Part shown: one piece after another, positions 49,617-59,568 of the stretch | How the letters are laid out: every line of letters begins with the position of its first letter | Position numbering within the stretch: the first letter of the stretch is position 1 | Source of the DNA: an uncultured Verrucomicrobiae bacterium | GTDB lineage: Bacteria > Verrucomicrobiota > Verrucomicrobiia > Chthoniobacterales > Chthoniobacteraceae | Direction of reading: 5' to 3' | DNA length: 64,000 bases | NCBI GenBank assembly: GCA_963828525.1 | Contig: CAWHEP010000014.1 | Span: 288,001 to 352,000 of the forward strand | Notes under the pieces: generated by a model | Database searches by the model: none | What the model was told of the DNA's origin: nothing | The model's input: only the letters and a program-made list of their open reading frames with translations | Program-made: the position numbers and the translations under genes

Positions 49617-50553
49617 ATGAGATTCACTTACGAAGAGACCTCCCGGGATGGCCATGTGCTGGATGTTCTGACAGACAATGATTCAGGATTGCGCATCGCC
49701 GTTTCACGATTAGGAGCCGAGCTGGTCTCACTGGCGCGCAGGGATGGGAATGGTGAATGGGTGGGTTTTCTCTATAGGGACGGCGACGTGACGCCCGCGG
49801 AGGGTTGGAGCAACCATTCCACCTTGATGGGGTACTGACACGCATCGGATCAAGGACGGGCATACCCAATATGAGGGGCATGAGATTCATGGCGATACGC
49901 ATAGTTTTCTTCGGCATAAGGTATTCGCGAAGCCCGAGATCGAGGTCGAGTCCCGCGCCGCGATCACCTACCGGCTCGCTCCCAGCCATATTAACAAGGG
50001 GGAATATCCATTCCGTGTGGCGTTCGCCATCACTTACGCGCTGGATGGTGACACGTTGCGTGTCACTTTTGAGTTCGAAAACCTGGATGCTGAGACACGC
50101 TATGTCAGTTTCGGGCTGCACCCCGGGTTTGCCGGAGATACGATGGAATGTTGCGACGTCCGGATGCCCGCTGGAAAATACGCGCGGTTGCTTGCGCCTG
50201 GTAATTTTCTCTCAGGTGATGAGGAGGAGTTCGATTTTGAAGGCGGACCGATGCCTTTTAAAAAGTCCGAGTTGCCGATCTCATTTTTGCTGGAGTTGAA
50301 GAAAGTGGAAGCGCCTCTGTTTGTGTTTGAGGAGAGTGTCACCCGCAGGAGCGTGTATCTGAATTTCGCGGGAGTTCCTTACGTCACGATTTGGAGTGAC
50401 GGGCATGGCTTCATCTGTGTGGAGCCGTGCTGGGGCCTGCCAGATCATCACGCGCAACGACCATTCGAAAAGAAAAAAGGCATTCAGGAAATACCCGCGG
50501 GAGCGGTATTGCGACGGAGCTTCACCATGGCTCCAGTACCTGGGCAAGTGTAG
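49617..50553 (+). CDS. Aldose 1-epimerase family protein; frameshifted
   Basis: LGAELVSL, HSFLR, YPF, FGLHPGF, FICVEPCWG across frames. Confidence 0.8.
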
Positions 50554-50556
50554 CGG

Positions 50557-51435
50557 TTAGCTGGCCGCGAAGCGCTTGCCCAGGAATTTGCTCATCGGCC
50601 AGAGCACAATGAGCGCGGCGCCGGCGACGACGCCCGCCTTGCCCGGCGCGCCCATGCAGAAGGCCGATTGCAACAAAAGCAGATTCCGGATGAGCGCTCC
50701 AATCTGAGGGGGTAGCGGTGACAGGGGGCCATTGCGCGCCTTGTCTGCCACGAACCCCGCCTGCAGGCAGGCGAGGGTGAAAGGCGCCAAAGGCAGCAGG
50801 CTTCCAAGCGGATTTACAAAGGCGAACAAGACTCCACCCGTGACAAGGGTGAGACAAGGAAGACCCTCCGCAAACCGGGGGCGGACGCGGGTGGTCTCGT
50901 GCCGCGCCAGGTTTGTGACAGCGGCGATGTAGAGGGTTAGCAGCAGCGCGGAGAGCAGGAGAGTATCAGTCCACGGAGACCCCGCCGCCGCGGAGCCCAG
51001 GCACAGGCTCAATCCCCTGCAAAGTCCCATGGTGAGCGGTCCAACAACTCCAAACTTCTTGAGGCCAGCGTTATACGAGACAATGCAGACGAGCAGACCC
51101 GCTCCCACGCGTAGAACGGTTAAACCTGAAATAGCGCAAAAGATCAGCGCGATGAGAAAAAGAGCCGACGCCGCGATCCAGACAATTTTTTTCGAAGCAT
51201 TGCCGCTAGGCAGCGGCCTTTGCGGCCGATCTCGCGCGTCTTCATCAAAATCCAGAAGATCATTCAGCAACAGCCCGCCCGCGTAAAAGAGGACGCTTGC
51301 CGCCACAGGCAATAGAGCGCGGAGTGACAACGCTCCAGCCGAGGCGAGAAGAAATCCGGCGAGGGGATCCCCAGGGACGGTGAGGAGATTAGGCGCCCGG
51401 AAAAGCTGCAGCCAAGTCTTTAGCGTTTGGCGCAT
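50557..51435 (-). CDS. UbiA-family prenyltransferase (EboC-like)
   Basis: RAPNLLTVPGD, NDLLDFDEDARDRPQRPLPSG, MGLCRGL. Confidence 0.9.
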   Translation of the reverse strand: MRQTLKTWLQLFRAPNLLTVPGDPLAGFLLASAGALSLRALLPVAASVLFYAGGLLLNDLLDFDEDARDRPQRPLPSGNASKKIVWIAASALFLIALIFCAISGLTVLRVGAGLLVCIVSYNAGLKKFGVVGPLTMGLCRGLSLCLGSAAAGSPWTDTLLLSALLLTLYIAAVTNLARHETTRVRPRFAEGLPCLTLVTGGVLFAFVNPLGSLLPLAPFTLACLQAGFVADKARNGPLSPLPPQIGALIRNLLLLQSAFCMGAPGKAGVVAGAALIVLWPMSKFLGKRFAAS

Positions 51436-51556
51436 TTAGGGAGCCGGCGAGAGTTGCGCGAGGGCTGCGTTAATACCAGACTCGTCACATCGGCCAGCGC
51501 CGAACGCCCGGCTTGCATGCGCATGCTCTGGATGACTACCATTCCGGCCCCTCCCC

Positions 51557-52852
51557 ATGAATTCCACAATCATTTCCCCTCGCGACAGGGGCTCCTTCCG
51601 CTGGGTAATCTGCGCGCTCCTGTTTTTTGCAACATCGATCAATTATGTGGATCGGCAGATACTTTCGCTCGTAAAGCCGATCCTCGATGATCAGCTAAAA
51701 TGGAGCAACGAGCAGTTTGGCCTCATCAATTCAGCTTTTCAAGGGGCTTACGGACTCAGCCTGCTGGGGTTTGGGTGGTTCATTGATCGTTTCGGCACAA
51801 AGCTGGGCTACGCGGTTTCGATTGCAGCCTGGAGTCTGATGGCCATCGCCCATTCGCTCGTGGGCAGCATACGGGGCTTCATGCTCGTGCGTGTCGCGTT
51901 AGGGATCGGCGAGGGGGGAAACTTTCCATCCGCGATCAAGGCAGTCGCGCTGTGGCACCCGAAGAAGGAACGCGCGTTTGCCACGAGCCTCTTTAACTCT
52001 GGCGCGAACGTGGGAGCGATCATCGCGCCAGCCATCGTGCCATGGCTCGCGGTGCGGTGGGGATGGCACGCGCCCTTCATCGTCGCCGGCCTGGCGGGTT
52101 TCGTTTGGTTGTTTTTGTGGGTTCCGCTCTATCAGGTTCCGGAGAAATCCAGGTTCCTCGGGGCCGCAGAGATGGCTTACATCCGGGAAGGCCGCGAGGC
52201 GGATCAAGCGGCTGTTCCCTGGGCGCGATTACTCCGCTATCGCCAGACATGGTCTTTTATCACGGCGAAATTCCTGACGGACCCGATTTGGTGGTTCTTC
52301 CTGATCTGGCTGCCGGACTTTTTTAAGAAGACGCGCGGGCTCGACATCAAAACAAGCTGGATACACCTGGTCACCATCTACTCGATCATTACCGTGTTGA
52401 GCATCGCCGGCAGTTGGGCAACCGGCTCTCTCGCCGAGCGGGGATGGTCAATTACCAGGGCGCGAAAGACGGGGATGCTGCTGTTTGCGCTCCTTGTCGT
52501 GCCGATCTTCGCTGTGACATGGGTCGGAGACTGGACAGCCGTTCTTTTGATTGGCCTGGCTGGGGCGGCCCACCAGGCGTGGTCGGCAAATCTCTTCACC
52601 ACGGTCTCAGACATGTTTCCCAAGCAGGCTATTGCGTCTGTCACGGGGATCGGCGGGCTAGCGGGCGCCGTCGGCGGGATGATCTTCCCGTTTTTCACAG
52701 GGTGGTTATTGGACCGCTTTGCGGGCGCTCACAACGTGACCGGAGGCTACACAGTGCTATTTGGCATCTGCGCCGCAGCCTACCTGGTTGCGTTCGCCAT
52801 CAATCATCTGCTTGCTCCACGGTTTGTGCCTTTTGAAATGGAGGCTGATTAA
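51557..52852 (+). CDS. MFS transporter, ExuT-like hexuronate family
   Basis: INYVDRQ, GEGGNFP, TDPIWWF, HQAWSAN. Confidence 0.92.
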   Translation: MNSTIISPRDRGSFRWVICALLFFATSINYVDRQILSLVKPILDDQLKWSNEQFGLINSAFQGAYGLSLLGFGWFIDRFGTKLGYAVSIAAWSLMAIAHSLVGSIRGFMLVRVALGIGEGGNFPSAIKAVALWHPKKERAFATSLFNSGANVGAIIAPAIVPWLAVRWGWHAPFIVAGLAGFVWLFLWVPLYQVPEKSRFLGAAEMAYIREGREADQAAVPWARLLRYRQTWSFITAKFLTDPIWWFFLIWLPDFFKKTRGLDIKTSWIHLVTIYSIITVLSIAGSWATGSLAERGWSITRARKTGMLLFALLVVPIFAVTWVGDWTAVLLIGLAGAAHQAWSANLFTTVSDMFPKQAIASVTGIGGLAGAVGGMIFPFFTGWLLDRFAGAHNVTGGYTVLFGICAAAYLVAFAINHLLAPRFVPFEMEAD

Positions 52853-52860
52853 CCGGGCGA

Positions 52861-53934
52861 TCACTCCAAACGGATCGCCGACGCTTGAGCCTGGAGGCAG
52901 AGTTCCGCGGCCAGGAACGCGTGGGCCTGGGTCATCGCTGTTTCCGTGCGGTTCAGGCAATCCAGTATGAGGCGGCCGAAGAAGGGGAAGCCTGCTTTCC
53001 CGTGGACAGATAATCGTTCCTCTCCTTTTTCGGTTACCAGGTAAAGCTGGTCGCCCTCCTGCTCCCTGCCCACATCGATATATTTTCGCAGCTCGATGTA
53101 ACCTTTCGTGCCCAGGATGATCGTGCGGCCGTCGCCCCATGTGCCAAGCCCATCGGGCGTGAACCAGTCCACTCGGAAATAATTCGTCGCGCCATTGTCG
53201 GCGAGGAGGTTCGCTTCCCCGAAGTCCTCGAGTTCCGGGCGCGACTTGTTCCCATAGTTGGCCACAGCGGAGTACGAAACTTTCGCCCCTGTGGCTCCAG
53301 TATAAAATAGAAACTGCTCGATCTGGTGACTTCCGATATCGCACAGGATGCCGCCGTATTTCGCCTTTTGAAAAAACCACTCGGGACGTGAGGGCGCGTT
53401 GAGACGATGAGGGCCCAGCCCAAGCACCTGCAGAACGCGTCCTATGACGCCCTCGGATATAAGCTGGCCGGCGAATACCGCGCACTCCACGTGCAACCTT
53501 TCGCTATAGTAAACCATGTACTTCCTGCCGGTGGCGGTCACTTTCTTCCGCGCGGCTTGCAGTTGCTCCATCGCCGTAAAAGGAGTCTTGTCGGTGAAGT
53601 AATCTTTGCCCGCGTCCATCACCCGCAAACCCAAAGGCCCCCGGTCGCAGGGAATTGCCGCCGCGGCTACGAGCCGAATTTCAGGATCGTCGAGAATTTG
53701 AGCCTCGCTTTTCGCGAGGCGGACGTCCGGGAACTTTTCCTGAAAGGCGCGCATCTTCCCGGCATCCGGATCGAAAACCCAGCGCAGTTCGCCGCCTGCT
53801 TCCAGCAGGCCGTTGCACTGACCGTAGATGTGGCCGTGATCCAGCCCGATAGCCGCGAACGGAAACTCGCGCGGGTCGCAGACCGGCGCGGGCTTGCCCT
53901 GAGGGGCATACGTCATTCCGTCGGCTTTATCCAT
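52861..53934 (-). CDS. Gfo/Idh/MocA oxidoreductase
   Basis: GLDHGHI, YFTDK, GGILCDIGSHQ. Confidence 0.9.
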   Translation of the reverse strand: MDKADGMTYAPQGKPAPVCDPREFPFAAIGLDHGHIYGQCNGLLEAGGELRWVFDPDAGKMRAFQEKFPDVRLAKSEAQILDDPEIRLVAAAAIPCDRGPLGLRVMDAGKDYFTDKTPFTAMEQLQAARKKVTATGRKYMVYYSERLHVECAVFAGQLISEGVIGRVLQVLGLGPHRLNAPSRPEWFFQKAKYGGILCDIGSHQIEQFLFYTGATGAKVSYSAVANYGNKSRPELEDFGEANLLADNGATNYFRVDWFTPDGLGTWGDGRTIILGTKGYIELRKYIDVGREQEGDQLYLVTEKGEERLSVHGKAGFPFFGRLILDCLNRTETAMTQAHAFLAAELCLQAQASAIRLE

Positions 53935-53937
53935 TTT

Positions 53938-54594
53938 TCAACGCTTCCGGCAGAACTGGATGCCGTCGGCGATGGGTAACAGCGCGCATTCCACACGCGG
54001 ATCGGCGGCCAGTTTCTTGTTCAGGCTGTCCAAAGCGCGCGAGCGATCATCCAATTCGTCCGGTTTAATGATCCTGCCGCCTGCCAGCATGTTGTCAAAC
54101 AACAGGATGCCGTCCTGGCGCACTCGTGGGAGGATCGCCTCGTAGTAGCCATCATAGCCAGTCTTGTCCGCGTCGATGAAGACGAAGTCGAACTTCAGTC
54201 CGGGTTCAAGAGCGGCGAGCAGGTCCGGGCCCTTTCCGACTCGCAAATCGATCTTGTGAGCGACGCCCGCTTCCTGCCAATAGCGGCGGGCGATGGACGT
54301 CCATTCCGCGCTCTCATCGATGCAGATCAGCCGCCCGTGTTGCTTCAAGCCTCGCGCGATGCAGATGGAACTGTAGCCGGTGAAAGTTCCGATCTCGATT
54401 GCAGAAGCCGCGCCAGAAGCCGCCGCGAGGATGGTGAGGAAACTCCCCTGTTCATCGCTTATTTGCATCCTGCTATCGTCACCCAACGTCTCGGTCTCAG
54501 CGCGAAGGCGCGCCAGAAGAGGGTCGCCCGCGCCGGACCTTTGCTGGAGCATGTATCCGTATAAGGCGGGTGTGAGTTCAGTGTACTTCGCCAT
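53938..54594 (-). CDS. Class I SAM-dependent O-methyltransferase (caffeoyl-CoA OMT-like)
   Basis: EIGTFTGYS, FDFVFIDADK, DNML. Confidence 0.93.
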   Translation of the reverse strand: MAKYTELTPALYGYMLQQRSGAGDPLLARLRAETETLGDDSRMQISDEQGSFLTILAAASGAASAIEIGTFTGYSSICIARGLKQHGRLICIDESAEWTSIARRYWQEAGVAHKIDLRVGKGPDLLAALEPGLKFDFVFIDADKTGYDGYYEAILPRVRQDGILLFDNMLAGGRIIKPDELDDRSRALDSLNKKLAADPRVECALLPIADGIQFCRKR

Positions 54595-54606
54595 TTTTTC
54601 AACGTG

Positions 54607-57190
54607 CTACCGGTTCCAGTTAAAGGCCAGAATCACGGCGTTGTAAACCATATGCGCCGTGATCGGCGCAAGGAGCAGCCCGCATTTTTCAAAGCTGAGC
54701 GCCGCTCCGATACCGAGGCAAAAAACCGGCAGGGCGGAGATTGGCGGATGCACGATGGCAAAGATCGCCGCGCTCGCAAAGACAGCCATTCCGGGGGAGA
54801 CGGAGCGGCGCAAACCCCGGAAGATGAGACCGCGAAAGATATATTCTTCGAAAAGAGGCGCGGCAACCACAGCGAGACCAGCCAGCCACCAGCGGCTCAA
54901 CTCGCTGAAAAGCCGCGGAGTCTTGAGCGCTTCTCTGACGGTCTCTCGCAGCGGTTCGAACCTTTCAAGCGCCAGCATGTACCACACCCCAATCGCGGCG
55001 GCGGCAAGGCCCGCGCCTGCGCCAGTCAGCAAAGCCTGCGGGATGGACCCCGCTTCAGACTTGAAGCCCACCACGGCGAATAAATGCGGAACCTTTTGCC
55101 GCCAGAAGACGTAGAGCGAAAAAAGCGCCGTGGCCGCGCCGGCGCAGATGAACGCGAGGACGATGCTCGCGCTGAGAGGGAGCTCGAACCTGGCGAGCAG
55201 GCCGGCGCAAAGCCCCTGCAAGATGAAGAAGGCGAGCACGGCCATGAGCCCGTCCGCCAGCGAGATGCCGGGCGGCGGCTCAACCTGCGGATCGAGCATA
55301 TAGGGCGTCCGGTCTCGCACCTTCTGCCAGAGGGCGTATGCGAGAAGAGAGGAGAGGACGACCTGCACGACTTTGGTCCAAATGGAATCGGAGTAGAGAG
55401 CATAACCAAACAGGCTCGCGAGAAGCATGTAGAGGTACACCATGTCTGGCCGGAAGCGTCGTCTCACCTCCACTTCCAGTGGATCGGTTGCCAGGACGCC
55501 GATGCCCGACGCGATGAAGGAATAGATGACCACGCCGATGAGCGCCAGAACCGCATGGGGAGCAGCCTCCAGCGCGGAGCCGCTCCCTGCCACCATGCAG
55601 AAGGCCATCGCGCTGCCGGTGTAGAGCAGCGCAAAGCCTGTCCAGAGAAGCGTCTTCTGAAGCAACAGAGAATGGAGAGGCCGCGGGAAAGTGTAGAGCA
55701 TCCAAAGAGAATTGCCTTCAACGGCGAGGACGCTAAACGCGGTGGACAGGAGGGTGTACGCCCCCAAGGCCAAATGCGACAGCGGAAGCATGGCGGGAGT
55801 TCCCCATTGCCGCTCGCAACAGCATGGGGTTGAAGAGCAGTTGATAGCCGACGAAAATGAGCGGAACGATCATGGTTTGAACCAGGAAATTGCGATCGCG
55901 CAGGAGCAGGCGGATGTCCTTGCCCAGGATGCCTCTCAGGAAAGAAGCCGGTGAGGCGCTCTGGGTGGAGATTCCCCGTTTGCCTTCATACACGGCGGGA
56001 GAGGTGATCAAGCCGGTGCTGACCATCCACTCGAAAAAGAGAACGCAGACCACTGTGAGCAGGACTGAATATCCGACCATCACCACGGGACAGAGCCACG
56101 TTTCGATTCCTCCCCTGCAAAGCAAAAGCGGCACAGTGACAGGGTTCCAGAGGGTTGCAGCGGGCAGATGCCGGCAGAAGGCTGTTATCCTCTCATCGGC
56201 TCCTTCAAGTCGCGTGAGGGCGAGAAGGAGGAAAAAAGAGAGTATGCCCGCGAGTGTGAAGAACGCTTGAAAGTTCTTTAGTTTGGCAGGCGCGAAAGTC
56301 TTCCGAAGAAGCGTTTCCGCCACCCCGCGCGCCGCCGCAATGATGAGGTTCAAGTAGAGGGTGGAGAGGAGAGCGGCAGGGATGAACCACGAGAGGCTTG
56401 CCGACGCGAATATGACAAGCAATGTCGGGAAACAAACGATCCAGCCGAGAGGATCGATCAATGTATGCGCCAGCACCCCGGCCAGGCAAAGGCTGCGGGC
56501 GGAGACCGGAAGAGTGAACAACCATTCGAGGTTGCCTTCCACCTTGCCGAGATCCTGGTTGGCGCTGCCGAGCGCTGTGCAAAATCTCCAGGAGGTCAAC
56601 AGGGCCAGGATGACGCCCATTGAAAGGGCGAACACAACGCCTTCGGCGCTCCGCCATAACGCGAACTTTGGGAAGAATACGCTGCTGGTGTCCTCCTTAA
56701 AGCCGGACGATCCCTTTTCATCAAAGAGCTTGCGCATGGTTGGAATGGAATTCCCCTTTGAGCTTGCGGGATAACGCCGCCCCATTTCGTCGAGTAACGC
56801 CTGGTTTAGGTAGTTGTCCCATTTTCGGCGGGAGTCGCTCGCAGCAGTGTCCACCGGCCCGCTCTTAAGCCGTCGCAAAGCGGTTTCGGTTTTGAGGATT
56901 GCCCGGTAGGTATGAGGTCCCACCAGCATCACCGTGGAAGCGTCCGGACGGAGAATATCCGCGATCTTTTTTACGAGTGAGGAACCAAGGTTGAGCGCGT
57001 TGAACATCATGAGCAGCGAGAACACAACCACCCACGCAACGCCACCGACTCCTTTCCTTCCGGTGCCTGCCCGCTTCGCGGACGCTTTCCGCCGCCGCCG
57101 TGATCTACCCAGGCGGTTTACAAGCCGGCGCGTGTGCATCCTCGTCAGCAGCAGGACGGTTCTCGCGGAACCGGGAGGCTGGGGCATCAT
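54607..57190 (-). CDS. ABC permease fused to a CPBP (CAAX/Abi) intramembrane protease; frameshift in the C5 run near 55761
   Basis: Permease-like TM region (LEWLFTLPV, KDIRLLLRDRN) joined to EEYIFRG, FAIVH, HMVYN. Confidence 0.82.
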
Positions 57191-57930
57191 ACGAGCGCGG
57201 AAGAGTCGCGTGTCACGGAGAAGAAGATTTCTTCGAGTGAACCGTCGCTGTGGCTGCTCGCGCGCAACTCGTCGAGCGTTCCGGACGCGGCAAGCCGGCC
57301 CTTATAAACGATGCCAACACGCTTGCAGAGTTTCTCTGCCTGGTCGAGCAGGTGGGTGCTGTAAAAGATGGTTTTTCCCTCCGCCGCCTTCTCCCGCACC
57401 AGTTCATGCAACGATCGGGTCGCGTAGGGATCCAGGCCATTTGTCGGTTCATCCAGGATGAGAAGCGCCGGGTCGTGGATAAGCGCGCAAATCAGAGCCA
57501 GCTTCTTCTTCATACCCTTGGAGTAATTCACCGCGTATTCATTTACCGCGTCCAGCAGTTCGAGCCTCCCGAGAAGCGGGTCGGCGCGGGAGCGGATCTC
57601 TTCTCTTGAAAGGCCATGCATCTCGCCCACAAAATTGATGAGCTCCCTTCCGCGCAGATAGTCGTAGAAGACCGGCTCATCCGGCAGATAGCCTACCCGC
57701 CGCTTCACCTCCACCCGATCTAGGAAACAGTCCAGTCCATCGATTTTAGCTGTGCCGGTGGTCGGCTGGAGAATACCCATCAGCATGCGGATCGTCGTTG
57801 TTTTTCCGGCTCCGTTTGGCCCGAGCAAGGCGAAGATTTCTCCGCGCGGAACCTCCAGGCGGAGATTCGATACGGCGTCGAATGTTCCGTATCGTTTCCC
57901 AAGATCGTTGATTTCCACGAGCGGAGTCAT
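57187..57930 (-). CDS. ABC transporter ATP-binding protein
   Basis: GPNGAGKTT, YSKGM, LILDEP, STH. Confidence 0.95.
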   Translation of the reverse strand: MTPLVEINDLGKRYGTFDAVSNLRLEVPRGEIFALLGPNGAGKTTTIRMLMGILQPTTGTAKIDGLDCFLDRVEVKRRVGYLPDEPVFYDYLRGRELINFVGEMHGLSREEIRSRADPLLGRLELLDAVNEYAVNYSKGMKKKLALICALIHDPALLILDEPTNGLDPYATRSLHELVREKAAEGKTIFYSTHLLDQAEKLCKRVGIVYKGRLAASGTLDELRASSHSDGSLEEIFFSVTRDSSALV

Positions 57931-58032
57931 GACCCAACTTCTACCCGAGCGGAGCGCCGTTGGATAGAAGGACTCTGCGCGACGCTCCGCAAAAACGCTC
58001 GAAACATCCCTGCCTTCGTGCAAAACAAAGGC

Positions 58033-59373
58033 ATGCGCGCGCTTGTTGTGGATGATGAGAAGAATATCCGAAGGACGTTTACGCTGGCGCTGGAATCGAT
58101 GGGGCACGATGTTTCCTCTGCCGCGAGCGGAGCCGTCGCGCTGCAAGAGTTGCGGCGGGAACCCTTTGACGTGGCGCTCCTCGATCTGAAGCTGAGCGAG
58201 GAGAGCGGACTGGATGTTCTCAGCGACGCCTTAAAGATTTCTCCCCGTCTCGCCGTCATCATGGTCACGGCGTTTGGCTCCATCGAGAGCGCGGTGGAGG
58301 CCATGCGCAGAGGGGCATCGGACTTTTTGACGAAGCCCTGCACACCGGATCAAATACGGCACGTCTTTGCGCGAGTGGAAAAAACCCGCAAGCTGGAGAA
58401 CCGGGTGGCGGAACTGGAATCGAGGAACACTCCAGAGTATGCCGATCCAGAGCTTTCCACGAACGCGCCAGCGATGAAGAAAATGCTGGAAATAGCGTTC
58501 AAGGCGGCGGAATCCGACGCGACGATACTGATCCTGGGAGAAAGTGGAACCGGGAAAGGTGTGCTGGCGCGCGCGATGCATCGAAGGAGCCTCCGAAAGG
58601 AGCAGGCTTTCGTCACTGTAAGCTGCCCGAGTCTCTCAAAGGATTTGCTGGAAGGAGAACTTTTTGGCCATGTGAAAGGAGCGTTCACGGGAGCGTTCTC
58701 CGACACGTGGGGGAAAGTGGCCGCCGCCGAACGCGGAACCCTCTTCCTGGATGAGATCGGGGAACTCCCGATTGGGATACAGGCCAAATTGTTGAGGCTG
58801 CTGCAGGAGCGAGAGTACGAAAGGGTGGGGGAGTCGTCGCCGCGTCGCGCGAATGTGCGCGTGATCGCCGCGACCAATCGCGATTTGATCAAGGCGGTGG
58901 CGGCGGGTGAGTTCAGGGAGGATCTCTACTATAGACTGAACGTGATCTCCCTCTCCGTGCCGCCCCTGCGGGAGCGCATGGGCGACCTTGATGACACGGC
59001 GAGAAGTTTGGCGGGCGCGATCTCGGCGCAGGCTGGCAAGGGAGTCGCGGGTATCTCGCCGGACGGATTGCGGGCCCTCGCCGCGTATCACTGGCCGGGC
59101 AATCTGCGCGAACTGCGCAACGTCATTGAACGCGCCGTGATTCTCACGGACAACAAGGTGCTGACGGAGGCTGATCTCAGCGACGTCGCGCGGCCTGCCT
59201 CGGACATTCGCCTGGGCGGAAGGACGACGCTGGAGGCGGTGGAGAATGAGCATATCCGCCGTGTCCTTTCGTCCACCGCAAGCCTGGAAGAGGCCGCTGA
59301 GGTTTTGGGCATTGATCCAGCAACTCTCTATCGCCGGCGCAAGAAGATCACCGAAGCTGCGGCAAGCGGATAA
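58033..59373 (+). CDS. Sigma-54-dependent response regulator (NtrC/AlgB-like)
   Basis: REC domain, GESGTGK, GAFTGA, WPGNLREL, Fis-type HTH. Confidence 0.95.
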   Translation: MRALVVDDEKNIRRTFTLALESMGHDVSSAASGAVALQELRREPFDVALLDLKLSEESGLDVLSDALKISPRLAVIMVTAFGSIESAVEAMRRGASDFLTKPCTPDQIRHVFARVEKTRKLENRVAELESRNTPEYADPELSTNAPAMKKMLEIAFKAAESDATILILGESGTGKGVLARAMHRRSLRKEQAFVTVSCPSLSKDLLEGELFGHVKGAFTGAFSDTWGKVAAAERGTLFLDEIGELPIGIQAKLLRLLQEREYERVGESSPRRANVRVIAATNRDLIKAVAAGEFREDLYYRLNVISLSVPPLRERMGDLDDTARSLAGAISAQAGKGVAGISPDGLRALAAYHWPGNLRELRNVIERAVILTDNKVLTEADLSDVARPASDIRLGGRTTLEAVENEHIRRVLSSTASLEEAAEVLGIDPATLYRRRKKITEAAASG

Positions 59374-59412
59374 CGCGATCCGCGGCGCCGCTGGACACGA
59401 GAGGATGCGATT

Positions 59413-59496
59413 CGTGCGAAATGCAAAGTTGGGCGGTCCGCTCCGTGCGGAATGCATGAGCGCGAAAGCTGCGCGGAAGACTGGCGCGCTCTTGCA
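59413..59496 (+). promoter_or_regulatory. Tandem putative activator sites plus a sigma-54-like promoter
   Basis: CGTGCGRAATGCA at 59413 and 59444 (31-bp spacing); CTGGCGCGCTCTTGCA at 59481, with GG-to-GC spacing one nt short of consensus. Confidence 0.5.
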
Positions 59497-59568
59497 AGAT
59501 GCTTGCGCCAAGAGAGATGAAGGCCGGCGGAAAGAGGCGGCACACAATCCGCTACGAGGAATCTGGAA

